DNA from: an uncultured Gemmatimonadales bacterium
GTDB lineage: Bacteria > Gemmatimonadota > Gemmatimonadetes > Gemmatimonadales > Gemmatimonadaceae
Direction of reading: 5' to 3'
NCBI GenBank assembly: GCA_963851265.1
Contig: CAWKNZ010000002.1
Span: forward strand, 800,001-864,000
Length of the DNA stretch: 64,000 bases
The translations under genes and the position numbers were made by a program. The stretch's first letter is position 1. Each line of letters starts with the position of its first letter. Positions 20,472 through 30,198 of this stretch are shown here, piece by piece. Below the pieces are notes generated by a model, which made no database searches, had not been told where the DNA came from, and worked only from the letters and a program-made list of their open reading frames with translations.

Positions 20472-23114
20472 TTAGACGCGCCGCGTCCCGCGCCGTGCGC
20501 CGCGCGGACGACGGGATGCGCGGCGCGGGACGACCGCGCGAGCTGCGACGCGAGGACCGCTGCGCCAACATTGCGCGACGTGGTCGCTCGAGACGGCGCA
20601 CGTCTGCGTCGCCCCGGCCGCGAGGGCGACGAAGCCGCGTCGCCCGAGCTGCACCGGCGCACGCCGCGGTCCGAGGCTCGTGCTGCCCCAGCACCAGACC
20701 TCACCACCGCGCGTCAACGCGCAACTCTGTGACGCGCCTGCCGCGACGGCCTGTATCGCGTCATGGCTCGGAATCACCGTCAGCCGGCCGGGTGCGCCGG
20801 AGGTCGCCCTCATGGTCCCGAGTTGCCCCGATTCGTCGCGCCCCCAGCACTGCGTTCGTCCGTCCATGAGGGCTGCGCATGTGTGCGCGTCTCCAGCGCT
20901 GATCTCCGTAGCGCGCACGCCCGGCACCTCCCGCGGCTCCGCGCTACCGTCGTCGCCAGCCGTCCCGAGTTGACCGTCGCGATTCGCGCCCCAGCACACG
21001 ACCCGCTGGTCGCTCAACACGGCGCAACTGTGGCGCGCGCCCGTCGTCACCGCGATCGCTGCCGCACCTTGCGGCAGGTGAACGACCGTCGGAAGCACCT
21101 GCGACACGCGCGTGCCGTCCCCGAGTTGCCCGACGCTGTTGTCTCCCCAACAGCGGACGACCCCCGCAATGTCGAGCGCGCAGGTATGGCCGATCCCGCC
21201 GTGCACCGATCGATACACGCCCGCGCCGCCCACGCGCACGGGCGCACCACGGGCGAACGTCGTCCCATCTCCGATCTGGCCGAGATCGTTCTTGCCCCAG
21301 CAGTACACGTCGCCGTAGCGCGTTACGCCGCAGGTGTGAGCCGCGCCGGCACCGATGCTCTCGTACGTCATCACGCCGGCAACCGTCCGCGGCGATACCG
21401 CGACGGCGACGGACGAGCCGTCGCCGAACTGAGCGTTGTCGTTCCGACCCCAACACTGGGCGGTTCCGGACGCCGTCAAGCTGCACACGTGTCGCGCCCC
21501 GACCCCGATCGCGTCCGAAGCACGTCGCAGGTCGGCCCCCGACCCCGATCGGACGGTCGTCGAATCCGGACGATTCTCACCCGCGTCGGTCGGTCGGACC
21601 GTCGGCGGCGCGACGCGCGCTGTCACACCTGGGCCGCGCAGGGCCGCACTGGGTACCGCAACCGGTGCCGCGACCCGCGAGAGCGGCGCGCGATCGGTCC
21701 CGTCGGAGTGGGCACGCGCGCTGAACGCGACCGCGCTCGTCGCAGCCACCACGGCCAGCGCGGCCGAGCCGGCCGCGAGCACGCGTGCTCGCCGACGCGG
21801 ACGCGCGGGCGGCGCCGGAACGCGCTGCTGTTCTCCGGACGACCAGGTCGGTGCGATCGAGTCGTAAGCGGGCCGCGTCCCGGACTCGGCGTCGGGCAGC
21901 GGCGTCGACGTCGAGTCATCCGCGACGATCGCGCCCTGCAACGCCACCGGCCCGGTCTCGGTCGCAACAATCGGTGCAGGGCGTCGATCCGGCTCTGGCG
22001 TCGACGTCGCCTGAGGTCCATGCGTGTCGTCGTCGCCGATCGCATCGGGGGTTCCCCCCGACGACGCGAAGCGCTCGGCCAATCGCTGCGTCTGCGCGAG
22101 CGCGGGCGAGAAGCGGACAGTCGCGGCGGCGGCCAGACTCGTCCTGGTCGGCGCTGACGCGCGTGAGGCTTCCTCGTGAACGCGCGCGGCTTCGAGGGCC
22201 GCCGCGTGTTGCGCGATCCGGCTCGGGAGTCCCGCCTGCCACTTCGCGTAATCGTTGGGCAGGATCCGTCGGTCGAGCTGCACGAGCAAGCCTTCGGCGC
22301 CGGCCCAGCGCGCGGCCGGCTGCTTCTGCAACATGCGTTCGACGATGTACTGCAGCGGGCGCGGAACGTCGGGGCGAAACGCCTCGATCGGCGGCAGCTG
22401 ATCGTGCTTCTGCTTGTATATGACGTGGTACAACGACTCGCCGTCCCATGGGCGGCGACCGGTCAGCATCTCCCACGCGACCAGGCCGAGGCTGTACAGG
22501 TCGGACCGGCCGTCGACCGGTCGGCCTTCGATCTGCTCGGGCGACATGTAGAACGGCGTACCGATGGCCGTTCCGGTCAGTGTCGACGAATCCGTGTCGG
22601 TCGAGCGCGCGATCCCGAAATCCGAGATCAGCGCGCGCCCGCTCGCGGCGTGCAGGAAGATGTTCTCCGGCTTGACGTCGCGGTGCACGACGCGCCGTAC
22701 GTGCGCATACGCGAGCGCCTCGGCGACGTCGCGGAGCACGTCCGTCGCGCGTCCCGGGTCCATCGGGCCGCCGCGCTGGATCGCCGTCTTCAACGTTTCG
22801 CCCGGCACGAGCTGGAGTACGAGCGTCAGCCCCCCGGCGCGGAGCCTGCGGACGGCGTGAACCGAGACGATGCCATGATGCTCGAGCTGCGCGACCATTC
22901 GGGCCTCGCGCGCGAGTCGCGCGACGGGGTCGTCGTCCGGCGACGTGGGACGAGGGTGGACGACCTTGATCGCGACGTCTCGACCGAGGGTGCGGTCGTG
23001 AGCGCGGTAGACGATCGCGCTGCCTCCGCGCCCAAGTTCCTCGAGGATGTCGTACTCGTCGGCGAGCTCCGCGAGCTCGACCGGCAGTCCAAACCGGGGC
23101 GTCATGCGCTGCAC
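20472..23114 (-). CDS. Hanks-type Ser/Thr kinase with TM helix and C-terminal RCC1-like repeats
   Basis: ELGRGGSAIVY, VAIK, VHRDVKPEN, DFGIA, GTPFYMSPE, DLYSLG; TM VLAAGSAALAVVAA; repeated HxC..CWGxNxxGQLG units. Start could be ATG 23105. Confidence 0.92.
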   Translation of the reverse strand: MQRMTPRFGLPVELAELADEYDILEELGRGGSAIVYRAHDRTLGRDVAIKVVHPRPTSPDDDPVARLAREARMVAQLEHHGIVSVHAVRRLRAGGLTLVLQLVPGETLKTAIQRGGPMDPGRATDVLRDVAEALAYAHVRRVVHRDVKPENIFLHAASGRALISDFGIARSTDTDSSTLTGTAIGTPFYMSPEQIEGRPVDGRSDLYSLGLVAWEMLTGRRPWDGESLYHVIYKQKHDQLPPIEAFRPDVPRPLQYIVERMLQKQPAARWAGAEGLLVQLDRRILPNDYAKWQAGLPSRIAQHAAALEAARVHEEASRASAPTRTSLAAAATVRFSPALAQTQRLAERFASSGGTPDAIGDDDTHGPQATSTPEPDRRPAPIVATETGPVALQGAIVADDSTSTPLPDAESGTRPAYDSIAPTWSSGEQQRVPAPPARPRRRARVLAAGSAALAVVAATSAVAFSARAHSDGTDRAPLSRVAAPVAVPSAALRGPGVTARVAPPTVRPTDAGENRPDSTTVRSGSGADLRRASDAIGVGARHVCSLTASGTAQCWGRNDNAQFGDGSSVAVAVSPRTVAGVMTYESIGAGAAHTCGVTRYGDVYCWGKNDLGQIGDGTTFARGAPVRVGGAGVYRSVHGGIGHTCALDIAGVVRCWGDNSVGQLGDGTRVSQVLPTVVHLPQGAAAIAVTTGARHSCAVLSDQRVVCWGANRDGQLGTAGDDGSAEPREVPGVRATEISAGDAHTCAALMDGRTQCWGRDESGQLGTMRATSGAPGRLTVIPSHDAIQAVAAGASQSCALTRGGEVWCWGSTSLGPRRAPVQLGRRGFVALAAGATQTCAVSSDHVAQCWRSGPRVAARAVVPRRASRRPRGARRGTRRV

Positions 23115-23145
23115 CCGGGACAGGCGCCCGCGCCCTGCACGTCGC

Positions 23146-23937
23146 CTACCGGTTGTGGAAGACGAACACGACCTCGCCCATCTCGATCCTGTCGCCGTCG
23201 ACCAGTAGCGGCACGACCTCGTCGGGCGCGAGACGGCGCCCGTTGTGCGTGACCGGGTTGGTTGCAGACAGGTTCTGGAGCGACCAGTGCTCGTCGAGGA
23301 GCGACATGAGGGCGTGACGCCGACTCACTGTCGGGACGAGCAGCTGCACATGCCGGTGCGGCGGCCCTTCGCTCCGGCCAAACGTCACGTCGGTATCGGG
23401 CGTGTTGGGGCTGCGGACGAACCGGATCTCGCGCCCGTTCTCGGGACCCACGACGACCTGCAAGCGACCGGGGAGGAACTGGAGTGTCCCCTCGTCCGGT
23501 AGGGCGAATCGCACCGTCTCACCGTCGGCGTAGCGCGCCGTCTGGAACGCCGACGGTTGCCGGCTCGTTCCATTGGTACGCTCCGGAACCCCCGCGTACG
23601 TCTCGACATGCGGCGGCGCGAAGGCCTGCGCCGGTGCGGCAACGACCGGGGTGGTTGGCCTTACGAACGCGGGTGCCGCGATCGGTGCGGCTGGTGCTGG
23701 TGCGCGCGGTGCGGGAGCCCGTTCCGGGCGTGGCATCCGCGTCGGCGCGCGCGGGCCGGGTTCACTCGCCCCGTCGGCCGTCGACGGGTCGAGGCCGAAG
23801 AGTGGCAAGCGCTCTTGAACGCGGGTGGAGCGACCCGCGTTGCGTCCGTGGCGCACGTGCTCGACGTAGAAGTATCCGCCGACGAGCACGGCTCCGCCGG
23901 CCAACACGATGCCGGCGACGACGGGTCCGTCAAGCAT
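23146..23937 (-). CDS. Membrane-anchored FHA-domain protein
   Basis: N-terminal TM, Pro/Ala linker, FGR...VSRRHA...NLSATNPVTHNG...GDRIEMG FHA signature. Confidence 0.85.
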   Translation of the reverse strand: MLDGPVVAGIVLAGGAVLVGGYFYVEHVRHGRNAGRSTRVQERLPLFGLDPSTADGASEPGPRAPTRMPRPERAPAPRAPAPAAPIAAPAFVRPTTPVVAAPAQAFAPPHVETYAGVPERTNGTSRQPSAFQTARYADGETVRFALPDEGTLQFLPGRLQVVVGPENGREIRFVRSPNTPDTDVTFGRSEGPPHRHVQLLVPTVSRRHALMSLLDEHWSLQNLSATNPVTHNGRRLAPDEVVPLLVDGDRIEMGEVVFVFHNR

Positions 23938-24085
23938 ACGCCGAAGTCAGCGTACGGCGGAACAACGGTCGCGCGAGCCGCGGCCGAACGGGCACAGATC
24001 TCTCCGGGTCGAAGGTGAGGCACGCGCTGCCACGCGCGCCGGTGACCGCCGCGCTACGGCGCGTAGCGCGGCGGCGTCGTTCTGG

Positions 24086-24114
24086 TTGACGCTTATCCCC
24101 GCCGAAAGTATACT
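24086..24114 (+). promoter_or_regulatory. sigma70 promoter of tRNA-Ile
   Basis: TTGACG (24086-24091), 17 nt, TATACT (24109-24114), 13 nt before the tRNA. Confidence 0.8.
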
Positions 24115-24127
24115 CCAAAATTCGTTC

Positions 24128-24201
<74 letters not shown>

Positions 24202-24230
24202 TTGTCGGACGCCGACGTCGACAGGTGAAC

Positions 24231-24275
24231 CGACCCGCGCCGCGGTCCCCCAGGACTCGTGGCGCGGGTCGTTTT
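24231..24275 (+). terminator. Intrinsic terminator after tRNA-Ile
   Basis: CGACCCGCGCCGCG...CGTGGCGCGGGTCG followed by TTTT. Confidence 0.7.
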
Positions 24276-24312
24276 GTGTGCCGCCGGTGCGACGTTTGCC
24301 CGGGAGCGCACC

Positions 24313-25461
24313 GTGCACGACACCTGGCCTTCGGCGCTGCAGCGCGCGCGCGCGCTCGTGCTAACGCACGGCTGGAACACGACGGCTTACCAGCTGCTCA
24401 ATCCGGGTTTCACTCTCTGGTTTTCGGCCCGCGGCGATGCGCTTGTCGGGTACGCGACGCACGCCCGCGTGCGCGTCGTCGGCGGCGCGCCGGTCTGCGC
24501 GCCCGCGCGGCTGGCCGAGGTCCTCGCGGAGTTCGAACAGGACGCGGCGACCGCTCGACACAGCGTGTGCTACTTCGGCGCGGAGGCGCGCCTCGAATCG
24601 CTGCTCCATGACAGCCCGCGGCACGCACGCGTGTGTCTCGGCGCACAGCCGGTCTGGCGTCCGGACGCGCTCGGCGCGACGATCCGCGCGCGGAGTTCAC
24701 TGCGCGCCCAGGTGAACCGCGCGCGTAACAAAGGGGTCACCGTCGTGGAGCGGCATGTCGCGGACGTGTCGGCCGACCCGTCGCTGCGTCGCGTGCTGCA
24801 CGAATGGCTCGCGCTGCGCGGCCTCCCGACGCTGCACTTCCTCGTCGAACCCGAAACGTTCGACCGACTCGGCGACCGGCGGGTTTTTGTCGCCGAACGG
24901 GCGGGGGCGGCGGTCGCATTTCTGGTCCTGACGCCGGTGCCGGCGCGGAACGGGTGGCTGACCGAACAGTTCGTTCGCGGGACCGGGGCGCCCAACGGCA
25001 CGATCGAATCGTTGCTCGCGACCGCGGCGGCGGCCGTCGCGGCCGAGCGAGCGGAGTACTTCACACTCGGACTTGCGCCACTTTCACGGCGCGGCGGCCC
25101 GCCCCCTGACGCCGGCGTGCCCCTGTGGCTCCGCCTGACTCTGCGGTGGGTGCGCGCACACGGCCGCCGCTTCTACGACTTCGACGGGCTCGACGCCTTC
25201 AAGGCGAAGTTCCAGCCGGAGCATTGGGAACCGATATACGCGATCGCGCGCGGGCGCGCGTTTCCGCCGCAAGCGTTGTACGCGATCGCCGGCGCGTTCG
25301 GCGGGCGCGCTCCCGCCGGGCTGATCGGCGCGGCGCTCGTACGCGGCGCGCGCACCGAGTATGGCCGGTGGCGTATCCGGCGCGAGCGCGCCGTGGAACG
25401 TGCGCGTTCGGCGCCCGCGTCGCCCCTCGCTGAGCGAGGGCGGAGCTCCGAGGCGCGCTAA
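24313..25461 (+). CDS. DUF2156 / MprF C-terminal-like aminoacyl-transferase domain protein
   Basis: GAPVC, LRAQVNRARNKGV, APNGTIE, TLGLAPL, RFYDFDGLDAFKAKFQPEHWEPIY; GTG 24313 with GGGAG SD (the ORF-track start lies inside the terminator). Confidence 0.82.
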   Translation: MHDTWPSALQRARALVLTHGWNTTAYQLLNPGFTLWFSARGDALVGYATHARVRVVGGAPVCAPARLAEVLAEFEQDAATARHSVCYFGAEARLESLLHDSPRHARVCLGAQPVWRPDALGATIRARSSLRAQVNRARNKGVTVVERHVADVSADPSLRRVLHEWLALRGLPTLHFLVEPETFDRLGDRRVFVAERAGAAVAFLVLTPVPARNGWLTEQFVRGTGAPNGTIESLLATAAAAVAAERAEYFTLGLAPLSRRGGPPPDAGVPLWLRLTLRWVRAHGRRFYDFDGLDAFKAKFQPEHWEPIYAIARGRAFPPQALYAIAGAFGGRAPAGLIGAALVRGARTEYGRWRIRRERAVERARSAPASPLAERGRSSEAR

Positions 25462-25517
25462 CTTCACGCCCGCCGGCCCGACCGTGGGTCGACCACGATC
25501 CAGCACCCGACCTCGCC

Positions 25518-26501
25518 ATGTCAGCCGAACTCGGCCCCGTTTCCAGCTTCCTCGCACACAACTTCCGGCACTTCAATGCCGGTGCCCTCGTCGACGCCGC
25601 ACGCGGCTACCGCACCCACGTCGAGCGCGGCGGGCGGATGCTCATGACGCTCGCCGGTGCGATGAGCACGGCGGAACTCGGCCTGACACTCGCCGAGATG
25701 ATCCGGCAGGACAAGGTGCACTTCATCAGCTGCACCGGAGCGAACCTCGAGGAGGATCTGTTCAACCTCGTCGCGCACGACTACTACGAGCGCGTGCCGA
25801 ACTACCGCGATCTCACGCCGGCGGACGAGCAGGCGCTACTCGACCGGCACATGAACCGCGTGACCGACACGTGCATCCCCGAGATGGAAGCGATGCGGCG
25901 GCTGGAAGGCGCCGTGCTCGCCGAGTGGCGCGCGGCCGATGCGGCCGGCGAGCGGTACTTTCCGCACGAGTTCATGTACCGCGTGATCCGCTCCGGCGCG
26001 CTGCGCGAGTTCTACCAGATCGACCCGAAGGACTCATGGATGGTGGCGGCCGCGGAGAAGAACCTTCCGATGGTCGTGCCTGGGTGGGAAGATTCCACGA
26101 TGGGCAACATGTACGCGGGCCACGTCATCACGGGCGATGTGAAGAACGTGCACACGGTCCGCAGCGGCATCGAGTACATGACAGAACTGGCGGCGTGGTA
26201 CACGCGCACGTCGACCGAGCACCAGATCGGGTTCTTCCAGATCGGCGGCGGCATCGCCGGCGACTTCCCGATCTGCGTCGTGCCGATGCTACACCAGGAT
26301 CTGCAGCGCGAGAACGTTCCGGTGTGGGGCTACTTCTGCCAGATCTCGGAAGCGGTGACGAGTTACGGCGGATACTCCGGCGCTCCGCCGAACGAGAAGA
26401 TCACGTGGGGGAAGCTGGCGGTCGACACGCCCAAGTTCGTGGTCGAGAGCGACGCGACGGTCTGCGCGCCGCTCATCTTCGCGGTGGTGCTCGGGCTCTG
26501 A
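25518..26501 (+). CDS. Deoxyhypusine synthase-like protein (bacterial DHS / homospermidine synthase family)
   Basis: TLAGAMSTAELG, ISCTGANLEEDL, IGGGIAGDF, YGGYSGAPPNEKITWGK (conserved WGK lysine), ESDATV. Confidence 0.9.
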   Translation: MSAELGPVSSFLAHNFRHFNAGALVDAARGYRTHVERGGRMLMTLAGAMSTAELGLTLAEMIRQDKVHFISCTGANLEEDLFNLVAHDYYERVPNYRDLTPADEQALLDRHMNRVTDTCIPEMEAMRRLEGAVLAEWRAADAAGERYFPHEFMYRVIRSGALREFYQIDPKDSWMVAAAEKNLPMVVPGWEDSTMGNMYAGHVITGDVKNVHTVRSGIEYMTELAAWYTRTSTEHQIGFFQIGGGIAGDFPICVVPMLHQDLQRENVPVWGYFCQISEAVTSYGGYSGAPPNEKITWGKLAVDTPKFVVESDATVCAPLIFAVVLGL

Positions 26502-26541
26502 GGCGTCCGCCCCGTGGGCCGCCGTTAGGCGCGCGGGTGTC

Positions 26542-27507
26542 TCAGAACGCGCTCGCGGTGGGCGCGCGCCCTTGGGGGCGCTGCGTCGCGCCGCCCGGGG
26601 TGCCGGCGCTCTCCGCGGGGATCGGCACGCGCAGGTGCTGCCCGATGCGGATGCGGTCGTTGGGAAGCCGGTTCAACTGGCGGATCACGTCGGGCGTGGT
26701 GCGGTAGCTCCGCGCGATGGTGGTGACCGCCTCGCCGCTGTGGACGACGTGGACGCCGTACACCGGCGCGGGCGCGACGGGGGCGACGCGCGCCTGCTGC
26801 TCGCGCTCGCCCGCCGCCGTCCGCGCCACGAGCGCGCGCTCCACGACGCGCTCGATGTCGCGGGCGTGCACGCGTTCGCCGCGCGGCACGAGAAACGGCA
26901 CGTCCGAGGCCGGTGTGCGTACGACCACCCCGGGCGTGGTGCCGAGGAGCAGGCGACGAGCATCGGCGGTAAATGGGACGTCGTAGGGAAACGACTGGAC
27001 TCGGAGTTCGGCGGGGCCGTCGTCGCCACGGCGGAGCCACGAGCGCGGTGGGCCGCCGACGTACAGGAGGCGGTGATCGGTCGCCGCAAGCACGCCGAAC
27101 GACTCGCGGAGATTGTCGGCCCACAGCCGCTGTGAGACGTAGGCGCGGGCGAGCACGCGCTCTCCGGCGTCGAGTTCGCTCACGAGTTCCTGCTCCGCCG
27201 CCACGCGCGCCGTCCGCTGCGCACCGGGCGGGGAAAGTATCGTTGCCAGCCCGAGCACGGCGAACACGACGATCAGCAGCGTCCCGCCCGACAGACCGAT
27301 GAGGACGCTATGCAGGCGCGACCGTCGTCGAGGCAACAATCCGCGTTCAGGCAACGCGTCGCGAAGGGGCGGCGCGTCGATCGCCTCGCCGGGAGCATAG
27401 ACCTCCAACTCGGCCGTATGCCGTGGCGCGAGTAACGCCGCGCTCGCGAGTCCCACGGCATCGCCAGGCATCGCGTCGCCCGGCGGGGGAGTCGGGTCGT
27501 ACGTCAT
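26542..27507 (-). CDS. Membrane-anchored protein with C-terminal LysM domain
   Basis: TM helix; GVLAATDHRLLYV (bacterial PH-like); HVVHSGEAVTTIARSYRTT...IRQLNRL..DRIRIGQHLRVP is LysM. Confidence 0.8.
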   Translation of the reverse strand: MTYDPTPPPGDAMPGDAVGLASAALLAPRHTAELEVYAPGEAIDAPPLRDALPERGLLPRRRSRLHSVLIGLSGGTLLIVVFAVLGLATILSPPGAQRTARVAAEQELVSELDAGERVLARAYVSQRLWADNLRESFGVLAATDHRLLYVGGPPRSWLRRGDDGPAELRVQSFPYDVPFTADARRLLLGTTPGVVVRTPASDVPFLVPRGERVHARDIERVVERALVARTAAGEREQQARVAPVAPAPVYGVHVVHSGEAVTTIARSYRTTPDVIRQLNRLPNDRIRIGQHLRVPIPAESAGTPGGATQRPQGRAPTASAF

Positions 27508-27677
27508 CGACTACGCGCGCGGTGGGGTCGACGCACGCGCCTCGAGCCGCACGAGCGCGCCACGCGGAACTTCGGCGTGTGTTCGGGGTCTGATACACGA
27601 TTACCCCGGGGTGCGCGCGGTGCGCCCTCGGCGTGTGCCGCGACTCTCAACGCTTGGATGAGCAAGGACCCGGACGG

Positions 27678-28334
27678 ATGACCCGAGAGACGACGTTGGA
27701 CCGCCTGCGCGACCCCTTTGCGCCCGAAGATATCGAATGGCGCGTGCAGCAGGCCGGCGAGAAGAATGGCAAACCGTGGGCACGCGTGCTCGCGTACGTC
27801 ACTAATCGTGCGATCCAGGAGCGACTCGACCACGTCGTCGGGCCCGAGAACTGGCAGAACTCGTTCCGTGAGGGTCCGGCCGGCGGCGTTGCATGCGGCA
27901 TCGCCATCCGCGTCGCGCGCCCGGATGGCACTGCCGACTGGGTGACGAAGTGGGATGGCGCGGAGAACAGCGACGTCGAAGCCGTCAAGGGCGGCTTTTC
28001 GAACGCGATGAAGCGCGCCGCGGTTCAGTGGGGCATCGGCCGGTACTTGTACGACCTCGACGAGGGCTGGGCGCGCGTCCACGACGGCGGCCGCTTCTCG
28101 GCGAAGTCCAAAGACGGCAGCTGGTTCAAGTGGGATCCGCCGGAGTTGCCGGCCTGGGCGACGCCTCAGCCGCGGCTCGCCAGCGCGGAGCAGGTCGAGA
28201 GTATCGAGGCGCTGCTCGGCCGTCTTGCGGACGAGCGTGTCGCCGCGAGCGTCCGACGCCGGCTCGCGGGTGGTCTCACCGAACAGGCCGCGCAGGACGC
28301 GGCGCGCTACCTCGAGTCGCGGCTCGCCGCGTAG
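27678..28334 (+). CDS. Rad52/Rad22-family single-strand annealing protein (Sak/DdrA-like)
   Basis: LRDPFAPEDIEWRV, AYVTNRAIQERLDHVVGPENW, KWDGAE, KGGFSNAMKRAAVQWGIGRYLYDL; AAGGA SD before ATG 27678. Confidence 0.88.
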   Translation: MTRETTLDRLRDPFAPEDIEWRVQQAGEKNGKPWARVLAYVTNRAIQERLDHVVGPENWQNSFREGPAGGVACGIAIRVARPDGTADWVTKWDGAENSDVEAVKGGFSNAMKRAAVQWGIGRYLYDLDEGWARVHDGGRFSAKSKDGSWFKWDPPELPAWATPQPRLASAEQVESIEALLGRLADERVAASVRRRLAGGLTEQAAQDAARYLESRLAA

Positions 28335-28407
28335 TTTCGCGCCAGGATCAACCCGGGTGAACGCCCGCGGCCGGTGACGGCCGCGGGCGTTCGCGCGTCG
28401 GGCCGAC

Positions 28408-30132
28408 ATGCTGAACACCTCTCGGATCTTGCGTCATCGCGCGCGATCGCGCGCGATGAACGCCCTCGGCTCCACGACGCTGGCCGCGCTCCTGTCCCTC
28501 GGCTGTCGGGCCGAACACGCTCCGTCTCAGAGCGGCGCGGCCGGCGGCACGTTGGTCATCGCCACGGCCGGCGACGCCGACGCGCTGGTTCCGCCGCTCG
28601 TGTCGTCGCTGCAGGGCGCGCAGGTCACGGCCCAGCTGTTCGACCGCCTCGCCGAGCCCGACTCGACGCTCGAGACGGCGGGCGATACGCACTTTCGGCC
28701 GCGGCTCGCGCGGAGCTGGCGGTGGGCGGAGGACTCGCTCTCGATCGCGTTCGCGATCGACCCGCGCGCGCGGTGGCACGACGGGCGGCCCGTCACCGCG
28801 CGCGACGTCGCGTTCAGCTACGCGTTGACCGTCGATCCGAAGACCGCCAGCCCGTTCGCACCGCTGCTGTCGGGGATCGATTCCGTGGTCGCGCGCGACT
28901 CGCTCACCGCGGTCTTGTGGTTCAAGCAGCGAAGCCCCCGGCGATTCTTCGACGCGACGTACCAGCTGTGGGTGCTCCCCGAGCACCTGCTGCGCGACGT
29001 GCCGCGTGACCAGCTCGCCGCATCGGCGTTCGCGAGACATCCGGTCGGCTCGGGACGCTTTCGGTTCGCGTCGTGGACACCGGGGCAGCAGATCGCGCTC
29101 GTGGCGGACACGGCGAACTACCGCGGCCGCCCGGGCCTCGACCGCGTGATCTGGGCGGTGTCGGCAGATCCGGGGGCCGCGACCCGACGCCTCGTCTCGG
29201 GGGAGGCCGACGTGTGGGAGCAGTTGCGAGGCGACGGACTCGCGCAGGTGGCCCGCGTGCCGGCGCTCCGGACGGTGAGTTACTCGTCGATGGACGTCGG
29301 GTACCTCGCGTTCAACCTGCAGGATTCGACCGGTCGCGCGCACCCGCTGTTCGGCGACCGGGCGCTGCGGCGCGCGCTGGCGGCGTCGATCGATCGCACG
29401 AGCGTGGTGCGCAACGTGTTCGACACGCTCGCGTACGCCACGGCCGCCCCGCTGCCGCGAACCGTCTCCGGCCTGGACGGCCGAGCGGCGGCCGCGTTCG
29501 GGCCGACGTACGACCCGGCCGTGGCTGCGGCGACGTTGGACAGCCTCGGTTGGCACGTCGCGCCTGGCGGGATGCGGGTGCGTGCGGGGCGGCCGTTGCG
29601 GTTCCGGATCCTGGTGCCGACGACGAGCAGCGTTCGCCAGCGGCTCGCGGTCCTATTGCAGACGCAGTTCGCGCGCGTGGGCGCCGCGGTCGACATCGAC
29701 GCGGTCGACCCTGCGGCGTTCGGGCGCGCGCTGCAGACGCGCCGGTACGACGTGATCCTGAACGCGTGGCACAGCGACCCGTCGCCGACGACCATCGTGC
29801 AGCAGTGGGGCGCACCGGGCGCGGCCGGGCGCGGTTCGGCCAACGTGACCGGTTACCGCAGCGCGGCATTCGATTCCCTGGTGGACCGGGCTGCGGCGGC
29901 CGGGGCCCGGCCGGACGCGGCGGCGCGCTGGGCGGAGGCGTTCGCTTCGCTCGCCGACGACGCGCCGGCAGTCTGGCTGTACGAGCCGCGGATGATCGCA
30001 GGCATCCACCGTCGCATCCAGCCGAGCGGGCTCCGCGCGGACGCGTGGTGGGCGAACCTCGGCGACTGGCGCATCGCGCCGGGGCAGCAGATCGCGCGCG
30101 ATCGGGTGCCGTTGACCGTCGCGGCGCGCTAA
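28408..30132 (+). CDS. ABC transporter family 5 (peptide) substrate-binding lipoprotein
   Basis: Lipobox LLSLGC; PRLARSW, ARWHDGRPVTARDVAFS, PVGSGRF, LRRALAASIDR. True start may be ATG 28456. Confidence 0.88.
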   Translation: MLNTSRILRHRARSRAMNALGSTTLAALLSLGCRAEHAPSQSGAAGGTLVIATAGDADALVPPLVSSLQGAQVTAQLFDRLAEPDSTLETAGDTHFRPRLARSWRWAEDSLSIAFAIDPRARWHDGRPVTARDVAFSYALTVDPKTASPFAPLLSGIDSVVARDSLTAVLWFKQRSPRRFFDATYQLWVLPEHLLRDVPRDQLAASAFARHPVGSGRFRFASWTPGQQIALVADTANYRGRPGLDRVIWAVSADPGAATRRLVSGEADVWEQLRGDGLAQVARVPALRTVSYSSMDVGYLAFNLQDSTGRAHPLFGDRALRRALAASIDRTSVVRNVFDTLAYATAAPLPRTVSGLDGRAAAAFGPTYDPAVAAATLDSLGWHVAPGGMRVRAGRPLRFRILVPTTSSVRQRLAVLLQTQFARVGAAVDIDAVDPAAFGRALQTRRYDVILNAWHSDPSPTTIVQQWGAPGAAGRGSANVTGYRSAAFDSLVDRAAAAGARPDAAARWAEAFASLADDAPAVWLYEPRMIAGIHRRIQPSGLRADAWWANLGDWRIAPGQQIARDRVPLTVAAR

Positions 30133-30198
30133 GCCGGCGGGCTCAAGTGCCCGGCACTCCGGCGTAGCGCGGGGTGCGATCGGGGGCGAAGTTGAGGC

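Noticed and set aside
24046..24074. 13-bp hairpin upstream of the tRNA-Ile promoter (similar one near 497-527)
   Set aside because: GC-rich stems without a U-tract; no function can be assigned from sequence alone.
27567..27584. LexA/SOS box upstream of the annealase
   Set aside because: GAAC-N10-GTTC and CTTC-N7-GTTC match known boxes only imperfectly; one instance is not enough to call a feature.
27678..28334. Prophage around the Rad52/Sak-like gene
   Set aside because: No integrase, structural or replication genes and no att repeats; flanks are ordinary cellular genes.
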